Origin: an uncultured Spirochaetota bacterium
GTDB lineage: Bacteria; Spirochaetota; Spirochaetia; SZUA-6; Fen-1364
Assembly: GCA_963781885.1 (NCBI GenBank)
Contig: CAWAHW010000007.1
Coordinates: forward strand, 558,625 to 622,624
Direction of reading: 5' to 3'
DNA length: 64,000 nucleotides
The notes under the pieces were generated by a model, which worked only from the letters and a program-made list of their open reading frames with translations, made no database searches and was not told the origin of the DNA. Shown here piece by piece: positions 19,050 through 29,525 of this stretch. Position 1 is the first letter of the stretch, and each line of letters begins with the position of its first letter. The translations under genes were made by a program, and so were the position numbers.

Positions 19050-20374
19050 AGGTCTTCTCCATGAACCGTTCACTCCTGCCCATCGACCGATTCCTCCATC
19101 GCAACAGGCTGGACGGCCAGGGCGTCGACCTGCGGCCGTCCTGCGCGGCGTTCCTCACCGAGATGGAACGCAGCCTTGCCGGAAAGAGCTCCTCCCTGCC
19201 CATGATCCCCACGTACATCGAGACGTCGCGCGCGGTGCCGCGGGAGGAGCGCGTCGTCGCGCTCGACGCGGGCGGCACGAATCTGCGCGTGGCGGTGGTC
19301 AGCTTCGACGCCACGGGGCGGCGGGTCGTGGAGAATCTCACGCGCCACCGGATGCCGGGCGTGGACGAGGCCCTTGACCGCGAGGCCTTCTTCCGCGCCC
19401 TCGCGGGGGCGGTGCTTCCGGCAATTGACGGCCGGGACAGGATCGGATTCTGCTTTTCCTACCCCGCGGAAATCACTCCAGAGCGCGACGGAAGACTCAT
19501 TCAGTTCACGAAGGAGATCAAGGCGCGCGGGGTGGACGGCGAGCTGATCGGCGCCAATCTCATCCGTGCTCTTTCGGAGGCCGGCGCATCGCGCCCGCCG
19601 CGCATTGTATTGTTGAACGACACGGTGGCGACACTCCTGGCCGGCCGTAATGCTCTGCCCGGTCGACGATTCGACGGCTTCATCGGCGTGGTCTGCGGGA
19701 CGGGCATCAACGTCGCCTATATCGAGCGGAACACGGAGATCCGCAAGACGCCCGGTCTTGAACCGGCGGGTTCGCAGATCGTCAATACCGAATCCGGCTC
19801 TTTCTCCCGGGGAATCCTGGGGCCCGTCGATGATGCATTCGACGCCACGATGGCAAACCCGGGCAAATACCGGCACGAAAAAACAATTTCCGGAGCCTAT
19901 CTCGGCGCCCTCTGTCTTTTCGCCGCGCGCGCGGCGGCCCGCGCGGATGCAATAACCGCTGCGGCCGCGCCGGAGCTTGCCCGGCTCCCCGGGCTTTCCA
20001 CACGGGAGCTGAATGATTTCCTCCTCTATCCCGACGACGATGCAAACCCGCTCGCCGCCGCGTGCGCGCGTATGCCGTCCGCCGACGCCGCGGCCCTCTA
20101 CCGTCTCTGCGACTGCGTGGTGGAGCGCGCGGCGGCAATGGTCGCCGTGAATCTGAGCGCGGTGCTCCTGAAATCGGGGACGGGCCAGGACCCGCGGTAC
20201 CCGACCTGCATCGCCGTGGACGGAACGACGTTCTGGCAGCTGCGGACGTTCCGCCTGCGGGTGGAATCGCACATGCGGCGGCTGCTCGTCGGCGAATGGG
20301 AACGCGCGTGGGAGATCACCACGGTGGAGGATGCGCCGCTCCTCGGCGCGGCCATCGCGGCATTGACCAACTGA
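19043..20374 (+). CDS. Hexokinase family protein
   Basis: SLPMIPTY, ALDAGGTNLRV, GFCFSYP, FTKEI, LLNDTVATL, GTGIN and NTESG motifs. Confidence 0.9.
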   Translation: MLKVFSMNRSLLPIDRFLHRNRLDGQGVDLRPSCAAFLTEMERSLAGKSSSLPMIPTYIETSRAVPREERVVALDAGGTNLRVAVVSFDATGRRVVENLTRHRMPGVDEALDREAFFRALAGAVLPAIDGRDRIGFCFSYPAEITPERDGRLIQFTKEIKARGVDGELIGANLIRALSEAGASRPPRIVLLNDTVATLLAGRNALPGRRFDGFIGVVCGTGINVAYIERNTEIRKTPGLEPAGSQIVNTESGSFSRGILGPVDDAFDATMANPGKYRHEKTISGAYLGALCLFAARAAARADAITAAAAPELARLPGLSTRELNDFLLYPDDDANPLAAACARMPSADAAALYRLCDCVVERAAAMVAVNLSAVLLKSGTGQDPRYPTCIAVDGTTFWQLRTFRLRVESHMRRLLVGEWERAWEITTVEDAPLLGAAIAALTN

Positions 20375-20414
20375 GAATCAGCGCATACCGTTGGTTGGCT
20401 GGAGGACTTCCCGC

Positions 20415-21689
20415 ATGCCAAGGCTCACTTCGGAAGATATCGACCGCGATTTCCAGAATGCGCGAAAGACGTACGCCCTTTGGGGCGTCGACGTGGATGC
20501 GGCGCTTCGCACCCTTTCGGCCATCTCGCTGTCCCTCCATTGCTGGCAGGGCGATGACGTCGGCGGCTTCGAAAGCGCGGCCGGTCTCTCCGGCGCCGGC
20601 ATCCAGACCACGGGCAACTACCCCGGCAAGGCGCGCACGGCGGACGAGCTGCGCGCGGACCTCCAGACCGCCTTCTCCCTGATCCCCGGCCGGCACAAGG
20701 CCAATCTCCATGCGATCTACGCCGAAACGGGCGGCCGCGCGGTCGCGCGCGACCGGCTCCTGCCCGAGCATTTCGCGGGGTGGATTTCCTGGGCAAAAAA
20801 ACAGGGCATCGGGCTGGATTTCAACGAGACGTATTTCAGCCACCCCATGGCGGAGTCGGGCTTCACCCTCTCCTCGCGGGACAAGACCGTGCGCGATTTC
20901 TGGATCCGCCACACGCAATGCTGCCGGGAGATCGGTCGCGAGATGGGGAGCGCGCTTGGCGAGCCCTGCATCGTCAACCTCTGGATACAGGACGGATGGA
21001 AGGACACGCCCGCCGACAGGCTCACCCCGCGCAAGATACTGAAGGAGTCCCTCGACGCGATCTTCCAGACGCGCATGGATGCCCGATACATCCGCGACGC
21101 GGTGGAAGGGAAGCTATTCGGCATCGGCTCGGAATCCTACGTCGTGGGGTCGAACGATTTCTACCTTGCCTACGCGGTGAAGAACGACATCATGCTCACG
21201 CTCGACATGGGTCACTTCCATCCCACGGAATCGGCGGCGGACAAGATCTCGTCCCTTCTCCTTTTCTCCCGCGAGATGCTCTTCCACGTGAGCCGCGGCG
21301 TGCGTTGGGACAGCGACCACGTCGTTACCCTCAACGACGACGTGAAGGCAGTCGCCGCCGAGGTGGCGCGCGCGGGGGCCTGGGACCGTGTGCACCTGTC
21401 GACGGACTACTTCGACGCGAGCATCAACCGCGTGGCTGCCTGGGTGATCGGCGCGCGCGCCACCCTCACCGCGATCCTCATGGCGCTCCTGGAGCCCATG
21501 GAGCTCCTCCGCAAGGAGGAGACCGCGGGCAACCTGACCGCGCGGCTGGCGCTCATGGAGGAGGCCCACAGCCTGCCCTACGCCGCGGTGTGGAACGCCT
21601 ACTGCGTGGAAAAGGGTGTTCCCGCCGGCGCCGCGTGGCTGGACACGGTGGCCCAGTACGAGCGCACCACCCAGTCCCGGAGGCGCTAG
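20415..21689 (+). CDS. rhaA: L-rhamnose isomerase
   Basis: SLHCWQGDDVGGFE, TGNYPGKART, NLHAIY, KLFGIGSESY, GHFHPTE, RWDSDH, DASINRVAAW. Confidence 0.96.
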   Translation: MPRLTSEDIDRDFQNARKTYALWGVDVDAALRTLSAISLSLHCWQGDDVGGFESAAGLSGAGIQTTGNYPGKARTADELRADLQTAFSLIPGRHKANLHAIYAETGGRAVARDRLLPEHFAGWISWAKKQGIGLDFNETYFSHPMAESGFTLSSRDKTVRDFWIRHTQCCREIGREMGSALGEPCIVNLWIQDGWKDTPADRLTPRKILKESLDAIFQTRMDARYIRDAVEGKLFGIGSESYVVGSNDFYLAYAVKNDIMLTLDMGHFHPTESAADKISSLLLFSREMLFHVSRGVRWDSDHVVTLNDDVKAVAAEVARAGAWDRVHLSTDYFDASINRVAAWVIGARATLTAILMALLEPMELLRKEETAGNLTARLALMEEAHSLPYAAVWNAYCVEKGVPAGAAWLDTVAQYERTTQSRRR

Positions 21690-21690
21690 C

Positions 21691-23664
21691 ATGGACCTTG
21701 CGGAGCTCATAGAGATATCGCGGCGCCATGGCCAGGGGACCGATTTCGTCATCTCGGGCGGGGGCAACACCTCGGTGAAGGACGGGGAGCGCATGGCGGT
21801 CAAGGCAAGCGGCGCCGCCTTGCGCGACATCACCGAAGAGGGTTTCGTGGAGCTTTCCCGGCCGCGCGTGCGCGCCATCCTTTCCCGCACGTACAGTGCG
21901 GACCCTTTCGCGCGCGAGGCGGAGATAAAGACCGATCTCATGGCGAGCCGCGCGGCCCCCGACAAGGGAGGACGGCCCTCCGTGGAGGCGTCGCTGCACG
22001 AGATGATCGAATGGCGCTACGTCGTGCACACGCATCCCTTCGTGGTGAATGCGCTCACCTGCGCGGCCGACGGGGAATCCGCGGCGCGGGAGCTTTTCGG
22101 CGACACGGCGCTCTGGGTGCCCTATACCGATCCCGGTTACCGGCTGGCGAAGCTGCTGGAGGAAAAGCTCAAGGCCTACCGCGCGGCGCACCGGGGGGAG
22201 CCGCGCATCGTCCTGATGCAGAACCACGGCCTCGCGGTGGCGGCCGACACCGCCGCGGAGATATATTCCCTCACCGACGACGTCGTGCGTAAGATTTCCG
22301 CGCGGTTGCGCGCGCCGCTTCCCCGGGAGGAGCGGCCGGTGTCGGACGCCGCGGTGCGCCTCCTCCCCGGTCTCAGGATGCTGCTTGCGGATGGCGGGAC
22401 CGCGAAAATCGCAACGGCGCGCAACAGCGCCCTTGCCGATCACTTTCTCCAGCCTGAAAACCGGCACGCGGTGGAGCTTCCCTTCATGCCGGACAACATC
22501 GTCTACTGCAAGTCCGCGCCGCTGATCCTCGACGGCGCCCCGCAAGACATCCTGGCCGGTTTTCCCGCGGCGCTCGCGGCCTACCGGGCGCGCTGGGGCT
22601 ACCCGCCGAAGATCCTGCTGGTCGCCGGCATCGGCGTGATCTCTGTGGAGGACACCAAGAGGTCCGCGGACACCTGCCTCGATGTCTTCGAGGACCTCAT
22701 GAAGGTGAGCTTCCTTTCCCTGTCATTCGGCGGCCCCCGCTTCCTCTCCGCTCCCGACATCCAGTTCATCGATACGTGGGAGGTGGAGAGCTACCGGCGC
22801 GCAGTCGCAAAGAACGCCTCTCCGCGGGGCCGGGTGCAGGGACGGATCGCGCTCGTCACGGGCGCCGCCCAGGGTTTCGGTCGAGGCATCGCGGAAGGCC
22901 TGTTCCGGGAAGGGGCGGACATCGTCATTGCGGACCTGAACGAGCAGGAGGGGCGCGGCCTGGAACGTGAGCTCAATGCCGCCGCCCAGGCGTCAGGGGC
23001 CGCGAATCGCTCCGTGTTCGTGGCCGCCGACGTCACGAGCCCCGCATCGCTGCAGGCCCTTGCCCGCGAGTGCGTGAAGGCATTCGGCGGCCTGGATGTC
23101 CTGGTGAGCAATGCGGGCGTCCTGAAGGCGGGCAGCCTGGAGGAGATGAGCCCGGAGGCCTTTGACCTCGTGACACGGGTCAACTACACCGGTTATTTCC
23201 TCTGCGTGAAATACCTCTCCCCGATCATGAAGGTCCAACGAACGTGCAGCCCGACCCGCACGACGGACATCATCCAGATCAACTCCAAGTCCGGTCTGGA
23301 GGGAAGCAACAAGAACTTCGCCTACGCCGGTGGGAAATTCGGCGGCATCGGTCTCACGCAGTCCTTCGCGCTGGAGCTCGTGGAGCACGGCATCAAGGTG
23401 AACTCTGTCTGCCCGGGGAATCTCCTGGACGGGCCGCTCTGGTCCGACCCGGAGAAGGGGCTCTTCATCCAGTACCTCAGGGCCGGGAAGGTGCCAGGCG
23501 CGAAGACGGTGCAGGACGTGCGTCGCTACTACGAATCCCGCGTGCCCATGGGCCGGGGGTGCACCGTGCCCGACGTCGTGAAGGCCATTCTCTATCTCGT
23601 CGAGCAGGAGTATGAAACAGGACAGGCGCTGCCGGTGACCGGCGGCCAGGTCATGCTGGGATAG
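21691..23664 (+). CDS. Bifunctional class II aldolase-like/short-chain dehydrogenase (RhaEW-like; SDR half resembles sorbitol-6-P dehydrogenase)
   Basis: GGGNTSVK, RPSVEASLH, HTH, NHG; then TGAAQGFG, INSKSG, YAGGK. Confidence 0.85.
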   Translation: MDLAELIEISRRHGQGTDFVISGGGNTSVKDGERMAVKASGAALRDITEEGFVELSRPRVRAILSRTYSADPFAREAEIKTDLMASRAAPDKGGRPSVEASLHEMIEWRYVVHTHPFVVNALTCAADGESAARELFGDTALWVPYTDPGYRLAKLLEEKLKAYRAAHRGEPRIVLMQNHGLAVAADTAAEIYSLTDDVVRKISARLRAPLPREERPVSDAAVRLLPGLRMLLADGGTAKIATARNSALADHFLQPENRHAVELPFMPDNIVYCKSAPLILDGAPQDILAGFPAALAAYRARWGYPPKILLVAGIGVISVEDTKRSADTCLDVFEDLMKVSFLSLSFGGPRFLSAPDIQFIDTWEVESYRRAVAKNASPRGRVQGRIALVTGAAQGFGRGIAEGLFREGADIVIADLNEQEGRGLERELNAAAQASGAANRSVFVAADVTSPASLQALARECVKAFGGLDVLVSNAGVLKAGSLEEMSPEAFDLVTRVNYTGYFLCVKYLSPIMKVQRTCSPTRTTDIIQINSKSGLEGSNKNFAYAGGKFGGIGLTQSFALELVEHGIKVNSVCPGNLLDGPLWSDPEKGLFIQYLRAGKVPGAKTVQDVRRYYESRVPMGRGCTVPDVVKAILYLVEQEYETGQALPVTGGQVMLG

Positions 23665-23695
23665 GCGGAACGCGCAGCGGGGGCAGGGAGGGGTA

Positions 23696-23989
23696 ATGTA
23701 CACGGCAACGATGCTCTATCATTTCAAGGAAGAAAGCTTCGAACAGGCGTGCGAGATCTGGAAGAACGAGATCATGGACCATGCGAAAAGCCAGCCGGGC
23801 TTCATTCGCATGCAGTTCCTCGCGGCAAAGCCCAATGCGCTCGCCCTGGGCACATGGGAGGACAACGCCCATGCCCGACGCTTCATGGAGACCGGCGTCT
23901 TCAAGAATCTTCGCGCGCGCCTTTCAGACATGCTTGCGTCCAGCCCCGAGCAGACGATCTGGGACCTGAAATACTTTGCGCAAAAATGA
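23696..23989 (+). CDS. Antibiotic-biosynthesis-monooxygenase (dimeric alpha+beta barrel) domain protein
   Basis: 97 aa; QPGFI and TWED pattern typical of ABM domains; GGAGG RBS. Confidence 0.7.
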   Translation: MYTATMLYHFKEESFEQACEIWKNEIMDHAKSQPGFIRMQFLAAKPNALALGTWEDNAHARRFMETGVFKNLRARLSDMLASSPEQTIWDLKYFAQK

Positions 23990-24151
23990 GGCAGTCGGCC
24001 GCCCCCGCGCGCGCTGGCGTCCTGCCGCGCCGCCGAGACGGCGGGGTATGTACCCCTTTACACGAACGCTTATTTTCGTTAGGTTAGTCCCTCTGGGAAT
24101 AAGGCAAATAGAATCCGCGGAATGCCGCGGCGCTCAGAAGGCAGGAATCCT

Positions 24152-24343
24152 ATGGCGCGCAAGTGTGAAATATGCGGTAAGGGAACGGTCACCGGGAACA
24201 AGGTGAGCCATGCAAAGAACCGTACGCGAAGGGTGTGGAAGCCCAACCTCCTCAAGATCCAGACAATGGTCGGAAATACGCGCACGACGATGAAGATATG
24301 CACCCGCTGCCTGCGCAGCGGCAAGGTCGTAAAGGTCGTCTAG
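24152..24343 (+). CDS. rpmB: 50S ribosomal protein L28 (zinc-ribbon form)
   Basis: [36 protein letters not shown]. Confidence 0.97.
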   Translation: MARKCEICGKGTVTGNKVSHAKNRTRRVWKPNLLKIQTMVGNTRTTMKICTRCLRSGKVVKVV

Positions 24344-24470
24344 CGCCGCCACGGGCTCGCTTCCGTGCATCCGTGCACTCGCTCGCCCTCGGCATCCTGC
24401 CTATGGTAGTCCGTAGGCATTTTCATCCCGGCGCCATCGCACCGCGGCAGACGCCGCGGCGCAACAACAT

Positions 24471-25079
24471 CTACTTCGCGGCGAGATTCGCCGCCACCTG
24501 CTCCCACGAAATCACGTTCCAGAACGCCGCGATGTAGTCGGGCCTCTTGTTCTGGTACTTCAAGTAGTAGGCATGCTCCCAGACATCCAGCCCCAGAATC
24601 GGCTTGAGGCCCTGGCTGACGGGAGAATCCTGGTTGGGAAGGCTCGTGACCACGAGCTTCCCGCCCGCGTCCGCGCACAGCCACGCCCACCCGCTGCCGA
24701 AGAGATTCGCCGCGGCATTGCTGAATTGCTCCTTGAATGCATCGAAGCTTCCGAATCCCGCATCGATGGCAGAGGCCAGTGCTCCGGAAGGCTTTCCGCC
24801 GCCCTTGGGCGAGAGCATCTTCCAGAAAAGGCTGTGATTCAGGTGCCCGCCGCCATGATTGCGCACCGCCGTCCTCACGTCGGCGGGTATGGAATCAAGC
24901 GCGCGCAGTATTTCCTCGATGGGCTTGTTCTGGAAGGAAGGCGCCTTCTCGAGGGCCGCGTTCAGCTTTGCGACATACGTCGCATGGTGCTTTCCGTGGT
25001 GGATCTCCATGGTCTTCGCATCGATGTGCGGTTCCAGCGCGTTGAAAGGATAGGGAAGATCGGGTAGTGAAAAGGCCAT
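24471..25079 (-). CDS. sodA: Superoxide dismutase, Mn-type signature
   Basis: [41 protein letters not shown]. Confidence 0.95.
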   Translation of the reverse strand: MAFSLPDLPYPFNALEPHIDAKTMEIHHGKHHATYVAKLNAALEKAPSFQNKPIEEILRALDSIPADVRTAVRNHGGGHLNHSLFWKMLSPKGGGKPSGALASAIDAGFGSFDAFKEQFSNAAANLFGSGWAWLCADAGGKLVVTSLPNQDSPVSQGLKPILGLDVWEHAYYLKYQNKRPDYIAAFWNVISWEQVAANLAAK

Positions 25080-25168
25080 CAAACACCTCCTATGAATGCT
25101 ATGTAAATATTAGTATTTTGATCAGGTATAGGCAAAGGAAAAGCCATACTTGAAGGCGGGAGGAAGGC

Positions 25169-26670
25169 ATGGCGGCGAAAATCAGGGACAGGGTGTTCGG
25201 CGAGAGGCTCGGCGCGGTTGCCGGAGTGAGAAAATGGTCGCCAAAAATCCTGGAAAAGCTCGAATCGCTTGTCCGGGAGGGCGATGACTACGAGCTTTTC
25301 CGCATCAACCCCCTGCGGTTCGCCGCGGACCGCGGCCTGGTGGAGAACGAGGCCATCGACCTTTTCCTCCACGGCACGAAGGCCGGCATGTTCCAGATGG
25401 AGTGGGACCTCGTTTGCCCGACCTGCGGCGACTCCGTGGAGAGCTTCCGCTCGCTCAACAAACTGAACTCCCACTTCTACTGCACCATCTGTGACCTGAA
25501 CGCGGAGGCGACGCTCGACGATTTCATCCAGGTCAACTTCACCATCTCCCCCGAGATCCGCGACATCATCTACCACCGCCCCGAAGCGCTTTCAATCGAG
25601 GACTATCACCTGAAGTACCACTTCGACCAGAACGCGAAGATCCCGGCGGTCCGCGTTTCATCGAGGCCGTTCCGTCGCTCGTGAAGGGGCTCTCTTACAT
25701 CGGGCCGGGGCAAAAGAAGCGCTTCGAGATGAACATCCAGAGCGGCAGCATCGCGTTCAACAACCTCATGCAGCACCTGAGCGTCGCCGTGCCGGTGACG
25801 GGGGCCGCGGTGGGTTCCCCCCAGCAGGTGATGGTGCGCATGGAGGCCGGGCAGATCGTGCCCGCGCAGGCGAGCGTTTCCCCCGGCAAGCTCGTCCTCA
25901 CGGTGGAGAACAAGACCGCGGCCAAGGCATCGATCATGATCGTCAACTTCCCGCCCGATTTCGAGAAGAAGCGCCTCCTTTTCGATCCCTTCCTGTCGGG
26001 AAAGAAGCTCATCTCCATCCAGACGTTCCGTGACCTCTTCAATTCCGAGGTGCTTCAGAGCACGGAGGGAATCGGCGTCCGGGACATCACGATCCTGTTC
26101 ACGGACCTCAAGGGGTCCACGGCGCTCTACGAGCGCATTGGCGACCTGAAGGCATTCTCCCTCGTGCACCAGCATTTCGACAGGCTGGGAAGGGTCATCA
26201 ATGAGAACGCGGGCGCCTTCGTGAAGACGATCGGAGACGCCGTGATGGCGTCTTTCCTGAATCCGTTTGACGCGGTGAAGGCCGCGCTGGAGATGAACAA
26301 GGAGATTGCACGGTTCAACCGGGCATTCACCAGCCGCGACGTGATCCTGAAAATCGGGATCCACAAGGGACCGTGCATCGCGGTGACCCTCAACGACCGG
26401 CTTGACTATTTCGGTCAGACCGTCAACACGGCGGCCCGGGTCCAGAGGCTTGCCGGCTCCGAAGAGGTGTACATCACGGAGGAAGTGATCAGCTTCAACG
26501 GTGTGAAAGGGCTCCTGAAAAGCTACAGGGTCTTCGGTGGGAAGAAGAAGCTGAAGGGAATCCAGGACGAGATCCAAGTCTACAGAATAGAGACCGCGGC
26601 GGCGGAGGATTCCACGCCTCGGGTCGGGCTCAGGGCGGCAGCAGGCGCGGTTTCGAACCGAACGCCCTGA
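25169..26670 (+). CDS. Class III adenylate cyclase with N-terminal CxxC/CxxC (DUF5939-like) domain; frameshift near 25642
   Basis: CPTC..CTIC N-terminus; LFTDLKGST, KTIGDAVMA, DYFGQTVNTAAR; adding one C at ATCCC fuses the two ORFs. Confidence 0.85.
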
Positions 26671-26737
26671 TTTCCGGCCTCCAAAGGGCAGTCACGCTTC
26701 ACATACCCCATGAAGCCCGGGACGGGGCCGGCCTTGC

Positions 26738-27460
26738 CTAGTTGCCGAGATCCACGGCCAGCCATTTGGACAAATCCGTCTGCGATGAATCGATCTTTCC
26801 GATCCCCACTTTGGCGGTCGTTTCTGCGACCAGATAGGCCTTTCCATTGTAGGGGAATCGCTGGCCGCCGCCGGGGACATCCACGGCAAGCATGGCATGG
26901 GAATATTCGCGGGAGATCATCAAGACGCAGTCGATTCCCATGCGTTCGAGTATGATGGCCATGACCATGGCCCGGGAATCGCAGTCGCCCCTCCGCTCGA
27001 ATGCGGCGGTGAGCGGTGAGTACGAGTTGATGAGAGTGCTTTCGGTCGACGCGACCAGCGCGTAGCTGCTCTCCGAAGCGGTCGCGCCGGAGATGAAAAC
27101 GGCATGACCCTTGCGTTGCACGCCATCGACGGTGAAATCCAGCTCCGCGATCACGGCCCCATGACCCTGGTACGTGAAGCTGGAACGGTCCCCTGTCGAG
27201 CCCATCTGCTGGAGAAGGTCCGCAGCCATGAGCTCCGCCGAGCCGTAGCGCCCGGGCGCGTAGATCAGGATGTCGAGCTCCATGCCGTCGTTCGCGTCAA
27301 AGTAGGCGAAGCGCGTCTTTCCCTCTCCATCCCCCGCGGTGAAGCCCGACGGCATATCGATGACGGCCCCGGTGCCAGTGGCGAGCTCCTTCGCGGCGAC
27401 AGGGGATGCCAGCATGCCCACGAATGCCGCGATGATGGCCGCACGTTTGAAAAGTTGCAC
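26738..27460 (-). CDS. Exported hypothetical protein with transglutaminase-like Cys-His core
   Basis: Signal peptide ending PVAA; GDCDSRAM, HAMLAV and AETT motifs. Confidence 0.6.
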   Translation of the reverse strand: MQLFKRAAIIAAFVGMLASPVAAKELATGTGAVIDMPSGFTAGDGEGKTRFAYFDANDGMELDILIYAPGRYGSAELMAADLLQQMGSTGDRSSFTYQGHGAVIAELDFTVDGVQRKGHAVFISGATASESSYALVASTESTLINSYSPLTAAFERRGDCDSRAMVMAIILERMGIDCVLMISREYSHAMLAVDVPGGGQRFPYNGKAYLVAETTAKVGIGKIDSSQTDLSKWLAVDLGN

Positions 27461-27515
27461 CTTGGAAAGGAATCCGCCCCGGGACGCGGCACCGCGCATG
27501 ACGAGCCTCAGGTGC

Positions 27516-29039
27516 TCACGACGCTGCGGGACGGCTTCGCCCCGGATCCACTTTCTTGAAATCGATGTAGCCCCGCTCGACATCCACCTCCGTGAGCACC
27601 ACGCGAATCCTGTCGCCAATATCCAGGTCTTCAAACCCGCGTATCACCCTTCCCTCGGCCGGCACGGCGACCAGTCTCGCCCACGTGCCCTTGTCGGAGG
27701 CGCCGGTGACAAGGGCGTCAAAGCTTTCTCCGATCCTCGACGCGAGCAGCAGCGCGGCCGCAGACTTGCCCACCTGCCTCTCGACCTTGCGGGAGGCATC
27801 TTCCGCGTCGGTGAGATGATGCGCCAGCTCGTCCAACGCGGCAAAAGCATAGGGCTCCGCCTGCCCGGTGATGCCTGCCTTCACCAACCGCTGCGTGACC
27901 AGGTCGGCATACCGACGGTTCGGCGCGGTGGAGTGCGCATAATCCTTCACGGCGAGCGCAAAGTGTCCCGGGGCGACCCCTTCGGGCGGCTCCGCGACGT
28001 ACTCTCCCGATCCAAGCAGCTTGATGACGGAAAGGGAGAGGTCGGGGAAGCGCAGCGGATCGGCCGCCTTTTCCCTGACAAGGAACTGATCCAGCGCTCC
28101 AGAATCCGGACCTTCCGGCAGGCGGAACTTGCGCTCCGATGCAATTTCGACGATCCGATCCCAGCGCTTGGGCGTGCGCACGACCCTTCGCATCGACGAG
28201 AGTTTTTTCGAGGCAAGGAATCGCGCGATGACGCCGTTGGCAGCGATCATGAAATCCTCGATGATCTCCTTGGCCCGATTTCTCTCTTCCACCTCGAGGT
28301 TGCGGAGAGTTTCGCCCTCAAAAACAGGCTTCGCCTCGATGGTGTCCAGGCTCAATGCGCCATGGGCATGGCGACGCTGCTTCAGCTTCTGGGCGATCCT
28401 GTCTTGTAGAAGAAGGTTGTCTGCCAGGCCCCCGACGGCGCCGATCCCTTCGGGAGCGGATGCGTTTCCTTCCAGCCAGGCCGCCACGCTGTTGTAGGCA
28501 AGCTTCGCGTGATTCACGACCCGCGCCCGGTAGACGTCCGAGCTTCGCAGTGCGCCATCCGCGCCGATGGACATTTCCACGACAACGGCCAGACGCTCCA
28601 CCCCGGGACCCAGCGACGTGATGTCGGTGGAGAGCTTTTCCGGCAGCATCGGGAAGATCTTTGCCGCCGTATACACGGAGACCGTGTTGTGCAAGGCGTG
28701 TTCGTCGATGGCCCCGCCACTTTTCACGACCGCGTCCACATCCGCAACGGCGACGCGAATCTTCACCACGCCGTCGGGCAATTTTTCCGCGACCGTGAGC
28801 TGGTCCAGGTCGCGGGAATCGTCGTTGTCGATCGAGGCCCACGGGAGCGCCGTCAGGTCGCGGACCCCCGGGCGCTCTGCCGGTGGGAGGCTTTGCATTT
28901 CCGCTGGTGATCTGATTCCCTCGAGCTCGGCCAGCGCCCCGGGTGAAAAGTCAGGGAGCAAATGCCTTTCTATCATCACCCTGTGGGCGATGCGTTTGAG
29001 GATCGTGCGATCCTCATCGCGTGGCGTCTTCTGTTCCAT
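27516..29039 (-). CDS. RNB-domain ribonuclease (RNase II/R family, short form)
   Basis: SIDNDDSRDLDQ, IIEDFMIAAN, HSTAPNRRYADL, C-terminal S1-like domain. Confidence 0.92.
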   Translation of the reverse strand: MEQKTPRDEDRTILKRIAHRVMIERHLLPDFSPGALAELEGIRSPAEMQSLPPAERPGVRDLTALPWASIDNDDSRDLDQLTVAEKLPDGVVKIRVAVADVDAVVKSGGAIDEHALHNTVSVYTAAKIFPMLPEKLSTDITSLGPGVERLAVVVEMSIGADGALRSSDVYRARVVNHAKLAYNSVAAWLEGNASAPEGIGAVGGLADNLLLQDRIAQKLKQRRHAHGALSLDTIEAKPVFEGETLRNLEVEERNRAKEIIEDFMIAANGVIARFLASKKLSSMRRVVRTPKRWDRIVEIASERKFRLPEGPDSGALDQFLVREKAADPLRFPDLSLSVIKLLGSGEYVAEPPEGVAPGHFALAVKDYAHSTAPNRRYADLVTQRLVKAGITGQAEPYAFAALDELAHHLTDAEDASRKVERQVGKSAAALLLASRIGESFDALVTGASDKGTWARLVAVPAEGRVIRGFEDLDIGDRIRVVLTEVDVERGYIDFKKVDPGRSRPAAS

Positions 29040-29079
29040 TGCTGCTGCGCGCTCGGACAACGGTCGATCCCGGTCGCCG

Positions 29080-29406
29080 TCAGGTCGTTCCTGGAGAATC
29101 CAGGGCGGCTCTTTTCTTTCCGGCGAACGCGCGATACTCCTTTTCTTTCACGTCTTTGCGCTCGCGAAGCATTTGTACGTCCGTGAGGATGTCACGGATC
29201 GACGGCGTATCACGGCTCAGTGTGAGTCGGTCTTTATCCACGAGCGAACTGTACACCTCATTGCCAATCTTCGCCATGAGCTTCTCCGCGCGGGCCTGCA
29301 ATTGCATGATCTCGAGCTTCATCACACCCCGCGTGCCAAGGTCTTCCGCATCGGCCACACCCTTGTTGACGATCTTTCTCATTCTAGTGTCGAAGCGGCC
29401 GTCCAC
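29080..29406 (-). CDS. Small helical hypothetical protein
   Basis: Amphipathic coiled-coil KLEIMQLQARAEKLMAKIGNEVY; co-oriented with the RNB gene. Confidence 0.6.
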   Translation of the reverse strand: MDGRFDTRMRKIVNKGVADAEDLGTRGVMKLEIMQLQARAEKLMAKIGNEVYSSLVDKDRLTLSRDTPSIRDILTDVQMLRERKDVKEKEYRAFAGKKRAALDSPGTT

Positions 29407-29525
29407 AGCCCGGCGCCATTCAAGCGGTGCGTCGGGAGCTGGAGCGGGACCGCGCGCGGCCGTCTCACCGGAGCGCCGTCATCGATGGCGCTCCCCGGTT
29501 CTGACGTGCCGGCGATTGTCGTCCG

